Shown here piece by piece: positions 40,091-52,489 of a stretch of 64,000 nucleotides of DNA; position 1 is the stretch's first letter, and each line of letters begins with the position of its first letter. This stretch comes from Heptranchias perlo. Taxonomy: Eukaryota. Made by a program: the position numbers and the translations under genes. The stretch spans positions 23,994,001-24,058,000 of the forward strand of contig NC_090329.1 in NCBI RefSeq assembly GCF_035084215.1, in the 5' to 3' direction. The notes beneath the pieces are model-generated. The model did not search any database. It was given only the letters and a program-made list of their open reading frames with translations, and was not told where the DNA came from.

Positions 40091-40122
40091 AGCCACTACT
40101 GAGCCATGCAAACCAGAAGGTT
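40054..40122. repeat. Perfect 29-bp inverted repeat with 11-nt loop
   Basis: aaccttctggtttgcatggctcagtagtg (40054-40082) is the exact reverse complement of 40094-40122. Confidence 0.95.
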
Positions 40123-42098
40123 TGAATCAGCCTAGCTAAAGGATTGATATTTAAAACAAAGACAAACAAAAATAAAACATTTACTACTTTAACAGCATCA
40201 ATAATGAAAACAATGTTGAGAACAAGGATGTACAATTGAGAGAGAAAGGAAAAAGTAGAAGAGAAAAACAAGGAAAAAAGAGAATGAAATAGAAAGAGAG
40301 AGAAATAGAGAGAGAGAAAGAGAAAGAGAAAACTATGGCTTTCAGCAGCAGAGGGACTGAAGTGGAAGGAAGTGACCTTAGTGACGGATAGATTGTGTGA
40401 TGAAGGCTCAGCTCAGGATCAAATATAATGGCAAGATTATGACCATGATAAACGGCCAGGGAGAATGATGGAATCTGCAATGGTGGGGGGGGGGGGGTGG
40501 AAAAGAGAGTCTGTGAAAGGGGATCAGGACAATGGTTGCTATTTTCCTGATGTTAAGCTGGAAGGAGCTATAGTTCACACAGCTGGTTTGCCATCAAGAA
40601 AGGTTGTCCATAACCTTTGGACAAGGACAGGGAGGTGCAATATTAATTCACATAATTGAGCCATTTGCTAGTGAACTACCAGATCAATTGTGCCCAATGT
40701 GCATTCTGGGTTGGGGTCCTCAGCATTCAGGGGATGGAAAGAAGAATTTTACCAGAGGGAATAGTAAGGATGGGAGACAGTGTGGCACCTGGCAGGCAGA
40801 AGGTAGCCTCAAGGCAGGGACAAGGGGGCTGTTGAGCACAGATGTGTCATGGTGGATGGAAGGCCAGAGGATAGGAAGTTAGGACTTTGGGAGGGTGTTG
40901 AAAAGGGAGCTGAGGGGTAGGATTTAAAAAAAAAAATAGGACAGAGGGTGATCGTAGAAGAGTTTGATGCAGGCAAGGCGATTGTTATGCAAAATGAGGA
41001 ATTGATCAGGAATGGCTTTGTCACAGATCTCAGAAGTGGTAAGACCTCGAGACGACATGATCGAGGAAGCAACTATGGTTGGGAAGTTTACGTCGAGGGT
41101 GAGCTTCAGCGAGGATAAAAGTGCAGAGAAATCAGAGGAAAGGGAAATTTAGGTGAAGCCTGAAATGACTGAGGATGAGAAACCACGCTGCAGAGGCTGA
41201 GTAAGGAGAGGAGCGAGGAGATTTCAGCTTGAAGTTATCAGGGTACTTTGAATGGCAGCAGAAAAGAAAGATTATGAAGAATAAATGAGAGGGGTGGTAG
41301 TGGGAGAGATGCTCAAAAAAAGGTGGTAGAGGAGTAAGGTGCCAGGTCAAGATGGGACCTGATGAGAATCACGCCACCACCATCAAGTTTTGGCAAGGCC
41401 CCAGGGTATCAGTGGACTGATCTAGGATGAGGTTGTGGATAACGAGTACCTTATTTTCAAGGAAGCAGACATTTTGAGAGGGTGACGTGGAATGGATGGG
41501 TAATAGGAGACTTACGGAAATGATCTGGTGGGAGGAACACAAGGGCCCGGTGTAAATCTTTGTCTGGATTACACTCCTGTGAAGTGTCTTGGGGACGTTT
41601 TACTACACTGAAGACGCTATTTAAATGCAAGTAGTTCTTGTTGAGAGGTTCGTTCCCAGGGGAGCCAACCATAGGTAAAATGTCCACGATAAAAGCTCAA
41701 ATTTCTCCCTGAACCCACCCCCATTTTAGATATTACACAGAATTTTACAGCATAGAAACAGGCTATTCAGCCCAACAGGTCTATGCTGGTGTTTATGCTC
41801 CACATGATAGGATATCAATTTAATCTCAGAAACAATACAATTCAAGCCTGATTAGTTGGCATTAATGGATGGCATTTCTAAGGTCCCAGGAATGGAGAAT
41901 CCCTGATCTCTCTTCCCACGTCTCTCCTGCCCAACAATCTCGTCCCCCTCATTCAAATGAGGTCCTGCAATTAAATTTGGCAGGACCTCAGCATTTCCCA
42001 GCTGCTGACAGTCTCCCCCGCTCCCTCCCCACCACCCCATAAATATCGGGCCAATCATTCTTGTGTCATATCCCATCGTTTTGAGGTGTTTTTCTTAC

Positions 42099-42345
42099 TT
42101 GGTTTCATCGAGAACCTCCAGCAGCTGTTTTTTGGTAATTGTATCTTCTGTTATATTTCCAGTGTACAAGTCGACAATCGAACGTTCAAAATACAGAGCT
42201 ACTTTGGACAAAGCTCTCAGTTGAATTAAGTACAAAAAATAAAGGTTTTTCAACCTTCTTGGGCCTTCTCCTTTTGTTTCAGTAGGGTGAAACCGACATT
42301 GGAATTCTTTTAAATTTGGTCCCCATCTAGTTCTTCCCCACGCAT
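42099..42345 (-). CDS. ERO1B: ERO1B exon 12 ([14 protein letters not shown]...EVLDETK)
   Basis: tcag acceptor, gtaag donor, 247 nt; [16 protein letters not shown] and [12 protein letters not shown]. Confidence 0.96.
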
Positions 42346-43914
42346 CTGAAACAACAGGTCAGATAATAGTTAAAATGACGCTCGTTCAGAATGATGCACT
42401 ATGCTGAAATGTGTTATAATTGATAATACCTAGGAAACAATTGGATTCTGACTGGTCAAATAATGCATATAATTTTGGAGTGCACAATGACAGGGTCTGT
42501 CTGGTAATGTATAACATGTATTCACTGCACAGTATGCCCTTCATTCTTCAATCCAGCAGCCTATGCTCAATTAAACGGCACACTCTGCATCAGTAATAAT
42601 TATTGCCTTTTTGCAACTTATTAAACAAATCCAGTTGTAAGAGAGCACTGTGGGGGGGAGCTGGAGAATTATCCATCAGTGATGCGATTACTAGAATCTG
42701 TATTACTATTCCAAAATACATGGTTAAAAGTTATAATTGCTAAATTCACGAGGGTAATTTTTACCTTCACTGCTTGGGTGGTGAAGTGGCGGAGCAGAGC
42801 AGATTGCCTGCCCATTAAAGAACTCAACCGATTTTCATTGATTTCAATGGAAGTGAAAATGAGGCAGGTTTCACAGTGGGCTGGCAATCCATTGTGCTGG
42901 ATTACCACGTATCATTGCTGTATGTGCCATCTAATTGGTCTTCTGTATCAGAAACAAAATAGATTTTCCCCCCATTTCTCTCTGTAAGAGGTCTGTAAGG
43001 TTATTGGGAGTCAAGCCCTCAATGGGACAATGTCGCATGACTTTGCCTGTTTGCTGAATAACTTGTCCAAATGGATGTGGAGAACAAACAAGGAAGAATG
43101 CATTTTTAACACATGTTCCAGGATAAAAGCCAGCCAGTTAAATAAATTACAGTATTGCACAAGAATTTGTATGTAAATTTAAAAGAAAAATTCTCACACA
43201 AATTCTTCCTGCCCCAAAGGCACAATTTCAATGCTGTGATATGGTGTCATGGGGCACCGGGCACCATCTAGGACCTGGTCCAAGCAGCCATTATGCATGT
43301 GAGAACTTGGATAGTAAGCATTGGCAGTCTATTCATCAATGCTCAATATCCATATAGATGCACCTCATATGTATTTAGATAGCTCAAAAGCAGGAACCCT
43401 GGTTCGTTTCCCTAACCCTTGGTGCCGAAGTCTACTGTAACACTCTTATACTGCCATATCAGCTGAGATCAACTAACAGCAGAGAACACCAAGACGTTCT
43501 TGGTTTATACGACTCAGCTACACTAAACACTGGATAACCTTGCTGAGTTATTCCCGCCCCTGCTCCTCCAAAGCAATTTAATTAAAGCCTACAGATGTAA
43601 ATATAGACATTTTACAAGTTGTTTTATCCCCTCCATTTCTTATTAATTCCCACTTGCGAGGGTACACAGGCAATCTGCTTCCAATCCACTGCTTGAATTG
43701 ATTAGTAGGAGGAACTATAGGTGTTAACTTTCCTTGCATCAGCATGTGAAAATGCCTAGTGTCCATGTCCCACCTGGGATAAAATCTGACACAATGTGAA
43801 TTTACAACCTAACACTCCATGGCACAACATGTTGAAAACATACCATTAAATAGCTCTCTGACGCATAATGAAATATTCCAAATTGCTTTTAATGAGAAAA
43901 CTATTTGTACATAC

Positions 43915-44007
43915 CATCAAGGAGATACTTTGCACAAAGGTGCAAATTGATACTAGCATGGAGTCCAGAAATCAGCCTGTAAAATACTCTCTTTTCAAGG
44001 CAAAGAC
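43915..44007 (-). CDS. ERO1B: ERO1B exon 11 ([30 protein letters not shown])
   Basis: gtag acceptor, gtatgt donor, 93 nt; ISGLHASIN motif. Confidence 0.96.
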
Positions 44008-44219
44008 CTACGAATATGAAAATTCACAATCAGCACAATTCAGAGTGCAGCTAATTTATTTCAAAGTGCAGAGAAATATGGTATTTTATTTACAGAATAC
44101 ACAGATCTACCATCACCTAGTATGCATAGAAATATTCTAACAGCAAAAATCTCAATTAGCACAAAGCAACGTTGACAAAAATATTATTCTTGGAATGTTC
44201 AATGAATGTTCACATTTTT

Positions 44220-44750
44220 TTTTTGAGGCGGTTAATAGCATGGTGGATAGGGGAGTGCCTATGGATGTTGTCTATGTGGACTTCCAGAAGGCATTTGATA
44301 AGGTTCAGCACAAAAGCTTGTTAACAAAAATGAAAGTGCATTAATTGGAGGTAGCCTTGTGACATGGGTTGGTAATTAGTTGGGAGGGTTGAGACACAGA
44401 GCAGTGATAAAGGGAACGTTCTCTGGTTGGTGGGATGAGAAAAGTGGTGTTTCCCAGGGATCTGAACTGAGGCTTCAGTTTTTCACCATATAATGACTTG
44501 TATATCCAAGTTTGCAGATGACAGTAAGTTAGGAGGGAAAGTAAGTTGTGTAGATGGGAGCAGGAAGTTACAAAGGGACATAGACTAAGTGAGCGGGCAA
44601 AACTATGGCAGATGTGGGAATGTGTGAGGTTCTCTACTTTCGATCTGAGAAAGACAAATCAGAATATTTTCTTAATGGTAAGATACTGGGGGCTGTGGAA
44701 GAGCAAAGGGATTTGAGCGTCCATGCACACAAATCATTAAAGCTGGTATG
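44220..44750 (+). mobile_element. CR1 RT fragment
   Basis: DVVYVDFQKAFDKV and KFADD remnants. Confidence 0.75.
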
Positions 44751-45367
44751 CTCTGCTAGTGAAAGATGCTATCTAAATGCAAGGCTTTCTTTCTTTCTTT
44801 TCATTACAATGTGAGATGGGAAGTGTTCTCAGAGACCAAACAATGGATAATTCATTAGCTACGTCTGGTTATTCAGGGACATACTTTGCACCTTACTGTT
44901 GGAAATCTTTATGTGATCTATGTGGTTGTGGGGGGCATGAGGCTTTTAAAAATCAGAACACAAACACAACCAAGAGGGAGTCGAGCAGCAAAAGGGAGTG
45001 AACCGCTGTCCCAGGCAGTATGGCACAGAGCAATTATGTTGTTAAGTTAGACAACCCGACTGGAGTGGGCTTTTGCTTGCGAGTTCTTTATTTCTGTAAT
45101 TGTACGCCAACAGAAGTTGTACCGATTGTATCAAATGGCTCATCAATCTCACTGCTCCTACTGTGGAATAAAGCAGCTTATGATTCGAACCAAACTTCAC
45201 CTCACCCAGTGTTAACTCAGAGATCGTAGGAGTACATATGTGTAAGACACAGAAAATCCGATCCAAAACACAAGGGAGTTTTATTATTACATTCTTGGAT
45301 CCAGCTACCACATAAGTACATAGGGCAGTGAGAGTCAACTGCCATGAAAAAGTGCTCAGACTGTTTC

Positions 45368-45737
45368 GAATTTAAAATTCTCATCCTTGTGTTCAAATCC
45401 CTCCATGGCCTTGCCCCTCCCTATCTCTAACCTCCTCCAAGCCCTACAACCCGCCGGGAACTCTGCATTCCTCCAATTCCAGCCTCTTCCACATCCCCGA
45501 TTTTCAATCGCTCCGCCGTGTCTTCAGCTGCCTAGACCCCAAGCTCTGGAATTCCCTCCCTAAACCTCTCCATCTCTCTCCTCCTTTAAGACCCTCTTTA
45601 AAAGCTAACTCTTTAACCAAGCTTTTGGTCATCTGTCCTAATATCTCCTTATGTGACTCGGTGTCAAATTTTGTCTGATAACGCTTGTGAAAGGCCTTGG
45701 GACATTAAAGGCGTTACATAAATACAAGTTGTTGGTG
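45368..45737 (+). mobile_element. L2 3' fragment
   Basis: Matches the L2 3' ends at 12255 and 9185. Confidence 0.8.
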
Positions 45738-46319
45738 TTAAGGAAGCAACTGACACCACCATACCTAAGAAAATAAAATTTAAATATTTCACAGATATTT
45801 GAGTGGAGATTTAAACCATCAAGCTTTGGATACCTTCTGGATATAAATATTAAGACTGTAACTATCTTGAGAATAAGAAAATGCTATGGTCATATACAAA
45901 CTGGAAAGTCCCCATGAAGATTCCTTGCAGCCTTGCTACATATACCCTATTGTAAAGTCCCAGAGACATTACTAGCAGCACTGGACTGCATGAAATTTAT
46001 TTTGAACTGAACCCATTAACAAAGCCTTTGAACACATAATGATTAACAGAATGTAATTTTTTTTGGTCTCCATCACCTGTTCCATTACACTAAGAAATCA
46101 AGATCATAAAAGATACAGTTGCCGTCATACTTGAGCACCTACTGAACCATGGAAGTTAAGTGCTGGATATAGGTGCATTAGGAAACCAGTGAAAAATGTT
46201 GGCCGCATTTCTTTATTTACATTTCCATCTTGCTGGTCCAACAGCTCAATCAGGCTCAATCCAGATGGCTTTAACTTAATGGATTTTTCAAACATTTCAT
46301 ATACATGTTCTGTCATTAC

Positions 46320-46346
46320 CTTCCAACCACGTGTAGAAGGACTCGC
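46320..46346 (-). CDS. ERO1B: ERO1B exon 10 (ESFYTWLE), 27 nt
   Basis: acag acceptor, gtaatg donor; matches recalled human ESFYTWLEG. Confidence 0.93.
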
Positions 46347-47429
46347 CTGTGAACATAAAAATAAATCACTATTTATGGCAAATAATATGAAACTCCTCTT
46401 ACCACATTCAACAAAACCAACACATAACACAATTATCTCACGCATTTTTACCCTCATCGTCCAAAGATGCAGACTCATGCTGGAATATGGTTTCACTTGC
46501 ACCAGCAGCCCCTTGGAACCTTACCAAAAGGGTCACGATCACATATAAGCCAAGATAGAAAGTGCTGGTAGGCTGTTTGACCTTCTCGGCAATCACAGCT
46601 GAGCATATGCTGTTCTCACTGGATGTACACATGTGTGTATCTTCCAGCAAGTGTCACTGAGCACCAAGCAATAGCAGCAACCCTAATTTTCCACTCTCTC
46701 AATCAGAGACACAGAGACCAGTTGTAACATCACCACAGCCACTGCTAAGATCAGCTAACTGAGCACAGTTCAGAGATCAAATTGTTGATTTTCCTGGTCT
46801 GTATAGCATTTTGCAACACAACATGGAGCATTTATCCATGCCATCAAGGTAGTACTGTAAAACAGATTTACACTCTTCCTTTGAAAGCTGTCAAGGGTGC
46901 AAAATAAACACATTTGTTTCATCAATATTGCAATGCTGTATACCAGAGTCCATTCATACAACTGCAAGGATAACCGCTTGAATAAATTTGTTGTTCTAGT
47001 GCAGAAATTCTTTTTTATTCCGAGTTGAAGGGCAACATGGCTATCTATTAATTTCTCATTACTGTCTAAGCAAACTTAGCAAGTATAATTAAGTTTTTCC
47101 ATCCATCACAGGTGAAACTCTTTTCATGTTGCATTTTTGTTTTAAAAAATGCAAAAAAGGAAAATTAATTTTAAATGTCTAAAGTAATGGAATTTAATAT
47201 TTACAGGTTTAACAAATGTTTCATTTCAGTGCACTACAAAAATGATTACTGAATCATTTTTCTGATTAAAACACATTTAGGCAAATTATTTTACCCACCG
47301 TCAAAGAACTATTTTTTTTTTAAAAAAGTGGGCTGCAAAAGTGGTTTAAAATGCAAACCAAAATGCAGAAGTACATTTGTATCAATAATTTAGTTCATAC
47401 ATATTCGTATCCATCTCTTCTGCTCTTAC

Positions 47430-47441
47430 CATCACCATCTC
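47430..47441 (-). CDS. ERO1B: ERO1B exon 9, 12-nt microexon (G-DGD-G)
   Basis: tttttctctttccag|GAGATGGTGATG|gtaaga; fills the GEDDG-equivalent gap in phase. Confidence 0.88.
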
Positions 47442-47577
47442 CTGGAAAGAGAAAAATGAGGTTTTTAAAAATAAAAATCAAGTCAATTAGTATTACTTTC
47501 ATTATTTACAAAATCTAAAGCAATATATAAAAATAAAATCCTGTATTGTCCTTAGCTTCCTGTATATGTATTGAGTT

Positions 47578-47980
47578 GGAATGGCTCAGTTGGTAGCCTC
47601 TGGTCAGAAGGTTCCAGCCCCACTCCATGACTTCAGTGTATAACCGAGGCTGACATTTCTGTGCAGCACCGAGTACATGCTGCAATGTTAAACCAAGACC
47701 CCTCTACCTGTCCCAGTTCTTCAGGCGGACAATAGAGATAATGCCACTATTTGAAGAACAGGGAGTTCACTCAGTGTTTTGGCCAACATTCCTCCCTCGA
47801 GGTCACTAAAAATAAATTAGCTGCTCATTCATCTCACTGCTGTTTGTGGGATCTCTGTGTACCAAATAGCTGCCACGTTTACCTAAACAACCAGTGCACT
47901 TCATTATACGTGAGACACTTTTGACATGTTTATGGGACACATTTGAGATACACGATAAACAGTTAGGTAAAGGCAATTTT
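47578..47980 (+). mobile_element. SacSINE1-like SINE, diverged
   Basis: tggctcagttggtag head and Deu-like body similar to 3826-4280. Confidence 0.7.
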
Positions 47981-48522
47981 TTTTCTTTTTATGCCTATAT
48001 CCAATTCAACTTTCTTTTGGCCTTATTTTAGTTCGTGGTTACCACCTTTAAATTTTTTCATGTCATACACTCTTTGACCAAGCAGGCCAAACTCCTGTTA
48101 ATGCCACTCGTGAGGTGAATATTAGGAGGCACTTGAAAGTACCTGGGATAATTCACTGAGTTTGCTGCCTTCTCTCTGTGAAAGGAAAGTCCCTGCTCAG
48201 TGTCTCCACTGCCCGTTCAGAGAATATTGGGAATTCACTTATTGGAGAATTGCAGGTGAATTGCTTGCGATTTTCCATCCATTAATGTCAGACGGACAGA
48301 AAGTTGTGGGCATAGCACCTGTGATTTTCCAATAGGTCACCCACTCTGTCCATCAAGTAAGGACCATCAACAACTTCTCAGGACAACTAGAAATGAGCAA
48401 TAAATGCAGCCTTGCCAACGTTGCCAAGAAATTTAAAAAAACTTTTGCTTTGTCTGAAGCAAAGTTACTGCCGAGCATGCAGATACAACAAGAGCCAAAA
48501 CAGGTTTTATACATAAACTCAC

Positions 48523-48569
48523 CTCTGCTCGGTGCTAGTGGATTCAGAGGACGATACACAGAACGAGGC
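48523..48569 (-). CDS. ERO1B: ERO1B exon 8 (PRSVYRPLNPLAPSR)
   Basis: gcag acceptor, gtgagt donor, 47 nt; beta-specific sequence. Confidence 0.95.
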
Positions 48570-49948
48570 CTGCAAAAGATTACGTTTTTTTTTATTATTA
48601 GTTGCTTAATGGAACAGATTTCAACAGTGCTGTAACAGTTTGGAACACATTGCTGCACTGCTCGCGTGGCAAGACGTCCTTCAGTAGTCGCAGATTGGAA
48701 TCTCAGGCCAAGTTCTTTCCTAAGTTAAACTGAATTTCCTTCTGCAGATTCAAGTAATGTCAAAGCTTCTAAGACACTACTTCAAGAGCAGGAGGTAAGT
48801 TTTCTCAAGTGTCCTGACTAGCATTCCTCCTTCAAATACCAAAAAAAAATCAACTAGGTCATTCATGTCACAGCTGTTTGCGGGCAATAATGGTGGAAAA
48901 TAGCCATTTCACTTGTTTTCATACCAGTCACCAAACTCCAATAGTGCATTACGAACATACGAAATCGACAGGCAGGAAAAGATCAGCTGGTCCATCAATC
49001 CACAATGTGTGAAGCAGTTTTGACGTAAGGTTCCGTACAAATTCACCTCTAATGAAAACCTTTTGCATGTGTATACTCCCCGATAGTCACATTTCAGATG
49101 CTATTCCAATGCTCTCCTAGCTGGCCTCCCATCCTCCGCTCTCCATAAACTTCAGATCATCGAAAACTCAGCTGCCCGTTATCCTATTCCGCACCAAGTC
49201 CCGCTCATCCACCACCCCGTGGTTGCTGACCTGCATTGGTTCCCGGTCTCCCAACGCCTCCAATTTAAAATTCTCATGCTCGTGTTTAAATCCCTCCATG
49301 GTCTCACCACTCTCAATACCAGACATGGAACTGTTGAGTTTGTGTTCTGAAAACAAACTGGACTGAGGCAATTCAACAGAAAGTGGTGAGTATCAAAACA
49401 GAAACTACAGCTGGGTAAATTGGCATAAACTTCACAACTTAACAAACAGACATTTGAACCAACTATTAAATGCACTGACTATTAAATCCAACGAATCAAT
49501 GAAGAAACAAACAATGGCAGCTGGAAAACTTTGTGTGTGTGGAGCAAAGAGACTCTATATATAACTTGGGCTGGAGAGATCACATGGCCGACCTCAGGAT
49601 CCAAACATCTTAAATGGACAGAGTCGAGAGATTTTCACTATTTGAATGATAACCTAATTTATTAATATTAATCTGTTGACTACCTGAAAAATTACATGTG
49701 TAGAACGTATGAAGGGTGAATTGGGGACATGAAATGTGGTCGTCACTGTCAACACAAAAGATTGAGAATTTTGAGAGTCAGGCCAATTCAAAGCCTGAAC
49801 TGCTGGGATGCTGCACAAAACCTACAGTATCCACTGATCACAATTAAAAAAAGTGATAAGTGACATGTCCTCAAATCTATTTTTGAAAACAAAAACTCAA
49901 AATACATACTTATGTCTTTTCAGTGGCAATTCTAACCCTATCCCTGCC

Positions 49949-50080
49949 AAGAACATAAGAAATAGGAGCAGGAGTAGGCCAATTGGCCCCTCGAGCCTGC
50001 TCCGCCATTCAATAAGATCATGGCTGATCTGATCCGAACCTCAAATCTAAATTCATGTCCAATTTCCTGCCCGCTCCCCG
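49949..50080 (-). mobile_element. Young CR1 3'-tail insertion
   Basis: Reverse complement differs from 53148-53279 at about 5 of 132 positions. Confidence 0.88.
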
Positions 50081-50134
50081 GAAATAGAAAATAGCTTCAA
50101 GGAGTATAATATAGAGGAAATTAAAAGAAAGTAC

Positions 50135-50255
50135 TTGAAGCAGTTCTCTTCATAGATGCTGTTCCACACCCTCCAAGCTGACAATCCCCTGTACCCAGTG
50201 TAACGCTCTGGATTCAGGAGGAGATCCACATATTCTGCATCAGGCGACAACTCAT
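50135..50255 (-). CDS. ERO1B: ERO1B exon 7 ([23 protein letters not shown]...EENCFK)
   Basis: gcag acceptor, gtactt donor, 121 nt; [13 protein letters not shown] and IYEENCF. Confidence 0.97.
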
Positions 50256-50309
50256 CTGCAGGGAGAGATTAATTATCACTTTCAAGAAACAGTCTCCACT
50301 TTATTTACA

Positions 50310-51280
50310 AATAAAACAAAACAGTACAAATACTGGAAACAAGTCAGGTCAATCAACATCTGTGAAGAGGAAAGTCAGGCATTGACATTATTAGGGTATA
50401 GCTTTCATCAGAAATGAAGACAACTTAGTAAGTTTAGAGAGAGAAAAGAGGGAGGAAGAGAATCAAAACATGCACCAATCGCAGAAAGGGGGTTAATGGG
50501 TTGAATGACCTGCAAACTGCTTATAAAAGACAAATGAAGCAACGTGTAACATAAAAAGGACAAAAGAATGTGCAAATAATTAGGAGGGTGAAAAGACATG
50601 GGAAAATGGGGGCCGGGGGGGAGAAAGCTGCAAATGCAGAAGTGAAATGAAAGACAAAGTTGGGAAAACAGTGGGTTTGCCAGGCCTCAAAAAGAGAAAG
50701 AAAATGACAACATCACAGGCCCAGACCTCCCATCATCACTGTGCTCTGACAAAAGGGTCTCTACCCAAACACCCACTTGCCTCCACTTCTCCCGGACATT
50801 GAAAGACCTACCACACATTACAAGCAGCCCCGCTGTAAAGCAAATGGAGCAATAGAGCCAAGGTCCAAAGCTACTAGACTCAATGTTCAGGCTGCAGAGT
50901 ATCCAGGAAAAGGATGAAATGCTGTTCCTGAAGCTTGTTTTGAGTTCAACTGGTACAGCGTGGGAGGCCAAAAAGAGAGGTTAGAGCATGAGTGGGACGG
51001 GGAATTAAAATGGTGAGTCACAAGGAGGTCAGGGTCATGCAGAGGTTTCAGTAACGCGGTCATCTAATCCGTGTTTGCTCCCCCCAATGTAGAGGAGACC
51101 GTGCAATGAGCAGCAAATACAGTGTACTAGATCTCTCCCAACCTTACTAAAATTGCCAGCTCATCTTTTAGTCTTCTATTCTAATGAAAGGCACATATCC
51201 CAAACACCAAAACCTGTCTTTTCTCTTTACAGATGTTGACTGTGCTGCTATATATTTCCATTTTTTCTGGTTTCACTCCA
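50310..51280. mobile_element. Old Penelope-like remnant of a second family, mixed orientation
   Basis: Minus strand 51131-51050 reads LVHCICC...GLLYIG (GIY-YIG remnant); broken hammerhead-like cores near 50405 (-), 50746 (+), 51181 (+). Confidence 0.55.
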
Positions 51281-51599
51281 CTTTATGTACTTTACATAGC
51301 GTGACCTGTATTGGCAACACAATTCTACCCGTCTCAGTCCTATAATAATTTGGCACAACATCATACAAATTTGAATAGAAGCAAATTTCCTTTTATTTAT
51401 ATACAATGTGATTGATATATATTTCAAAAAAGATACAGCATAATTCATTGAATTTTCAATTAAATCATCAGGTGGCTATGTGAAAGTGGCTTTGTTAAAA
51501 TTGAACCGAATCAAAGAAATTACAACACAAGCTGTCATTATGCCACGTGCAGCTGCACTGGTGCTAGCTCTTCAACTGCAGAATCTCATGTAATTCCAT

Positions 51600-52170
51600 T
51601 TCACTGCCCTTTTCTTGTATCCTTCCAGATTCTTACTTTCAAACACTTACCCAATTCCCCTTCAAATCATGATTTATTCTCTGTCTCAATAGCCACTTAT
51701 AGTAAAGCATTCTTCTTGTTTTAATAACCCTGTTGTGTGGAAACAAGTTTTTTTTTTAACTTCCTCTCTATTCTGTTCGTGACAACCCTGACTATATGCC
51801 TCTGGTTACTAATTTGCCTTACAATGGAAACATTATTTCACTTTTTACCCTTGCAGAGCCTGTCATAATTTTGAAAAACGATATTAAATCCCCTTTAACC
51901 TTTACTGCTTGTGGAAAAAGATCCAATTTTTCAAGTCTGTAACACCTCATTCCTGATATCATTCTAGTGCATCTTCACTGCAGCCTTTCCATGACTCTAA
52001 CATCCTTCCTATAATGGAGTGCCCAGACTGCACAAAATACCGCAACATAGTCAATGAGACAAATCCAGCACAACTTCCTTGCTTTGGTATTGAACACTTT
52101 TGTATATAAAACAGCCAAAATCCATTTACCCTCTTATGCCTTCCTACCTGCATTTCAAACTTTAAAGTTT
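51600..52170 (-). mobile_element. Old CR1 3' fragment
   Basis: Minus-strand LRYFVQ remnants and CR1-like end. Confidence 0.6.
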
Positions 52171-52489
52171 AAATCTTGATTCTGTAAAAATCAAAATATG
52201 CACAAAAAAGGGAGGACAGAGTCTTACCATCAAGTACCCTTTTAAAAATAGCATTCACACTAGGAATAACAATACGCCTGGATAACATAATGAGCTTGAG
52301 AGAGAACTGACGACACATACGCTGTTGAAATGAAGCATCTGGATTAATATCAATCTCTACTGATGCCAATTCAGCTGCCTTAAACTGCAGATACTAACTT
52401 CCCCGTATCAATTCCTACTGACACGACCAGCACTCGCTGTTCAAACTAAGTTATTCACAAAGATAAAAGAATCCAATTTAACAACAGTT

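Noticed and set aside
42750-42910. Internally palindromic MITE-like stretch (similar near 2190-2390 and 48140-48330)
   Set aside because: Too decayed to define TIRs or a TSD by eye.
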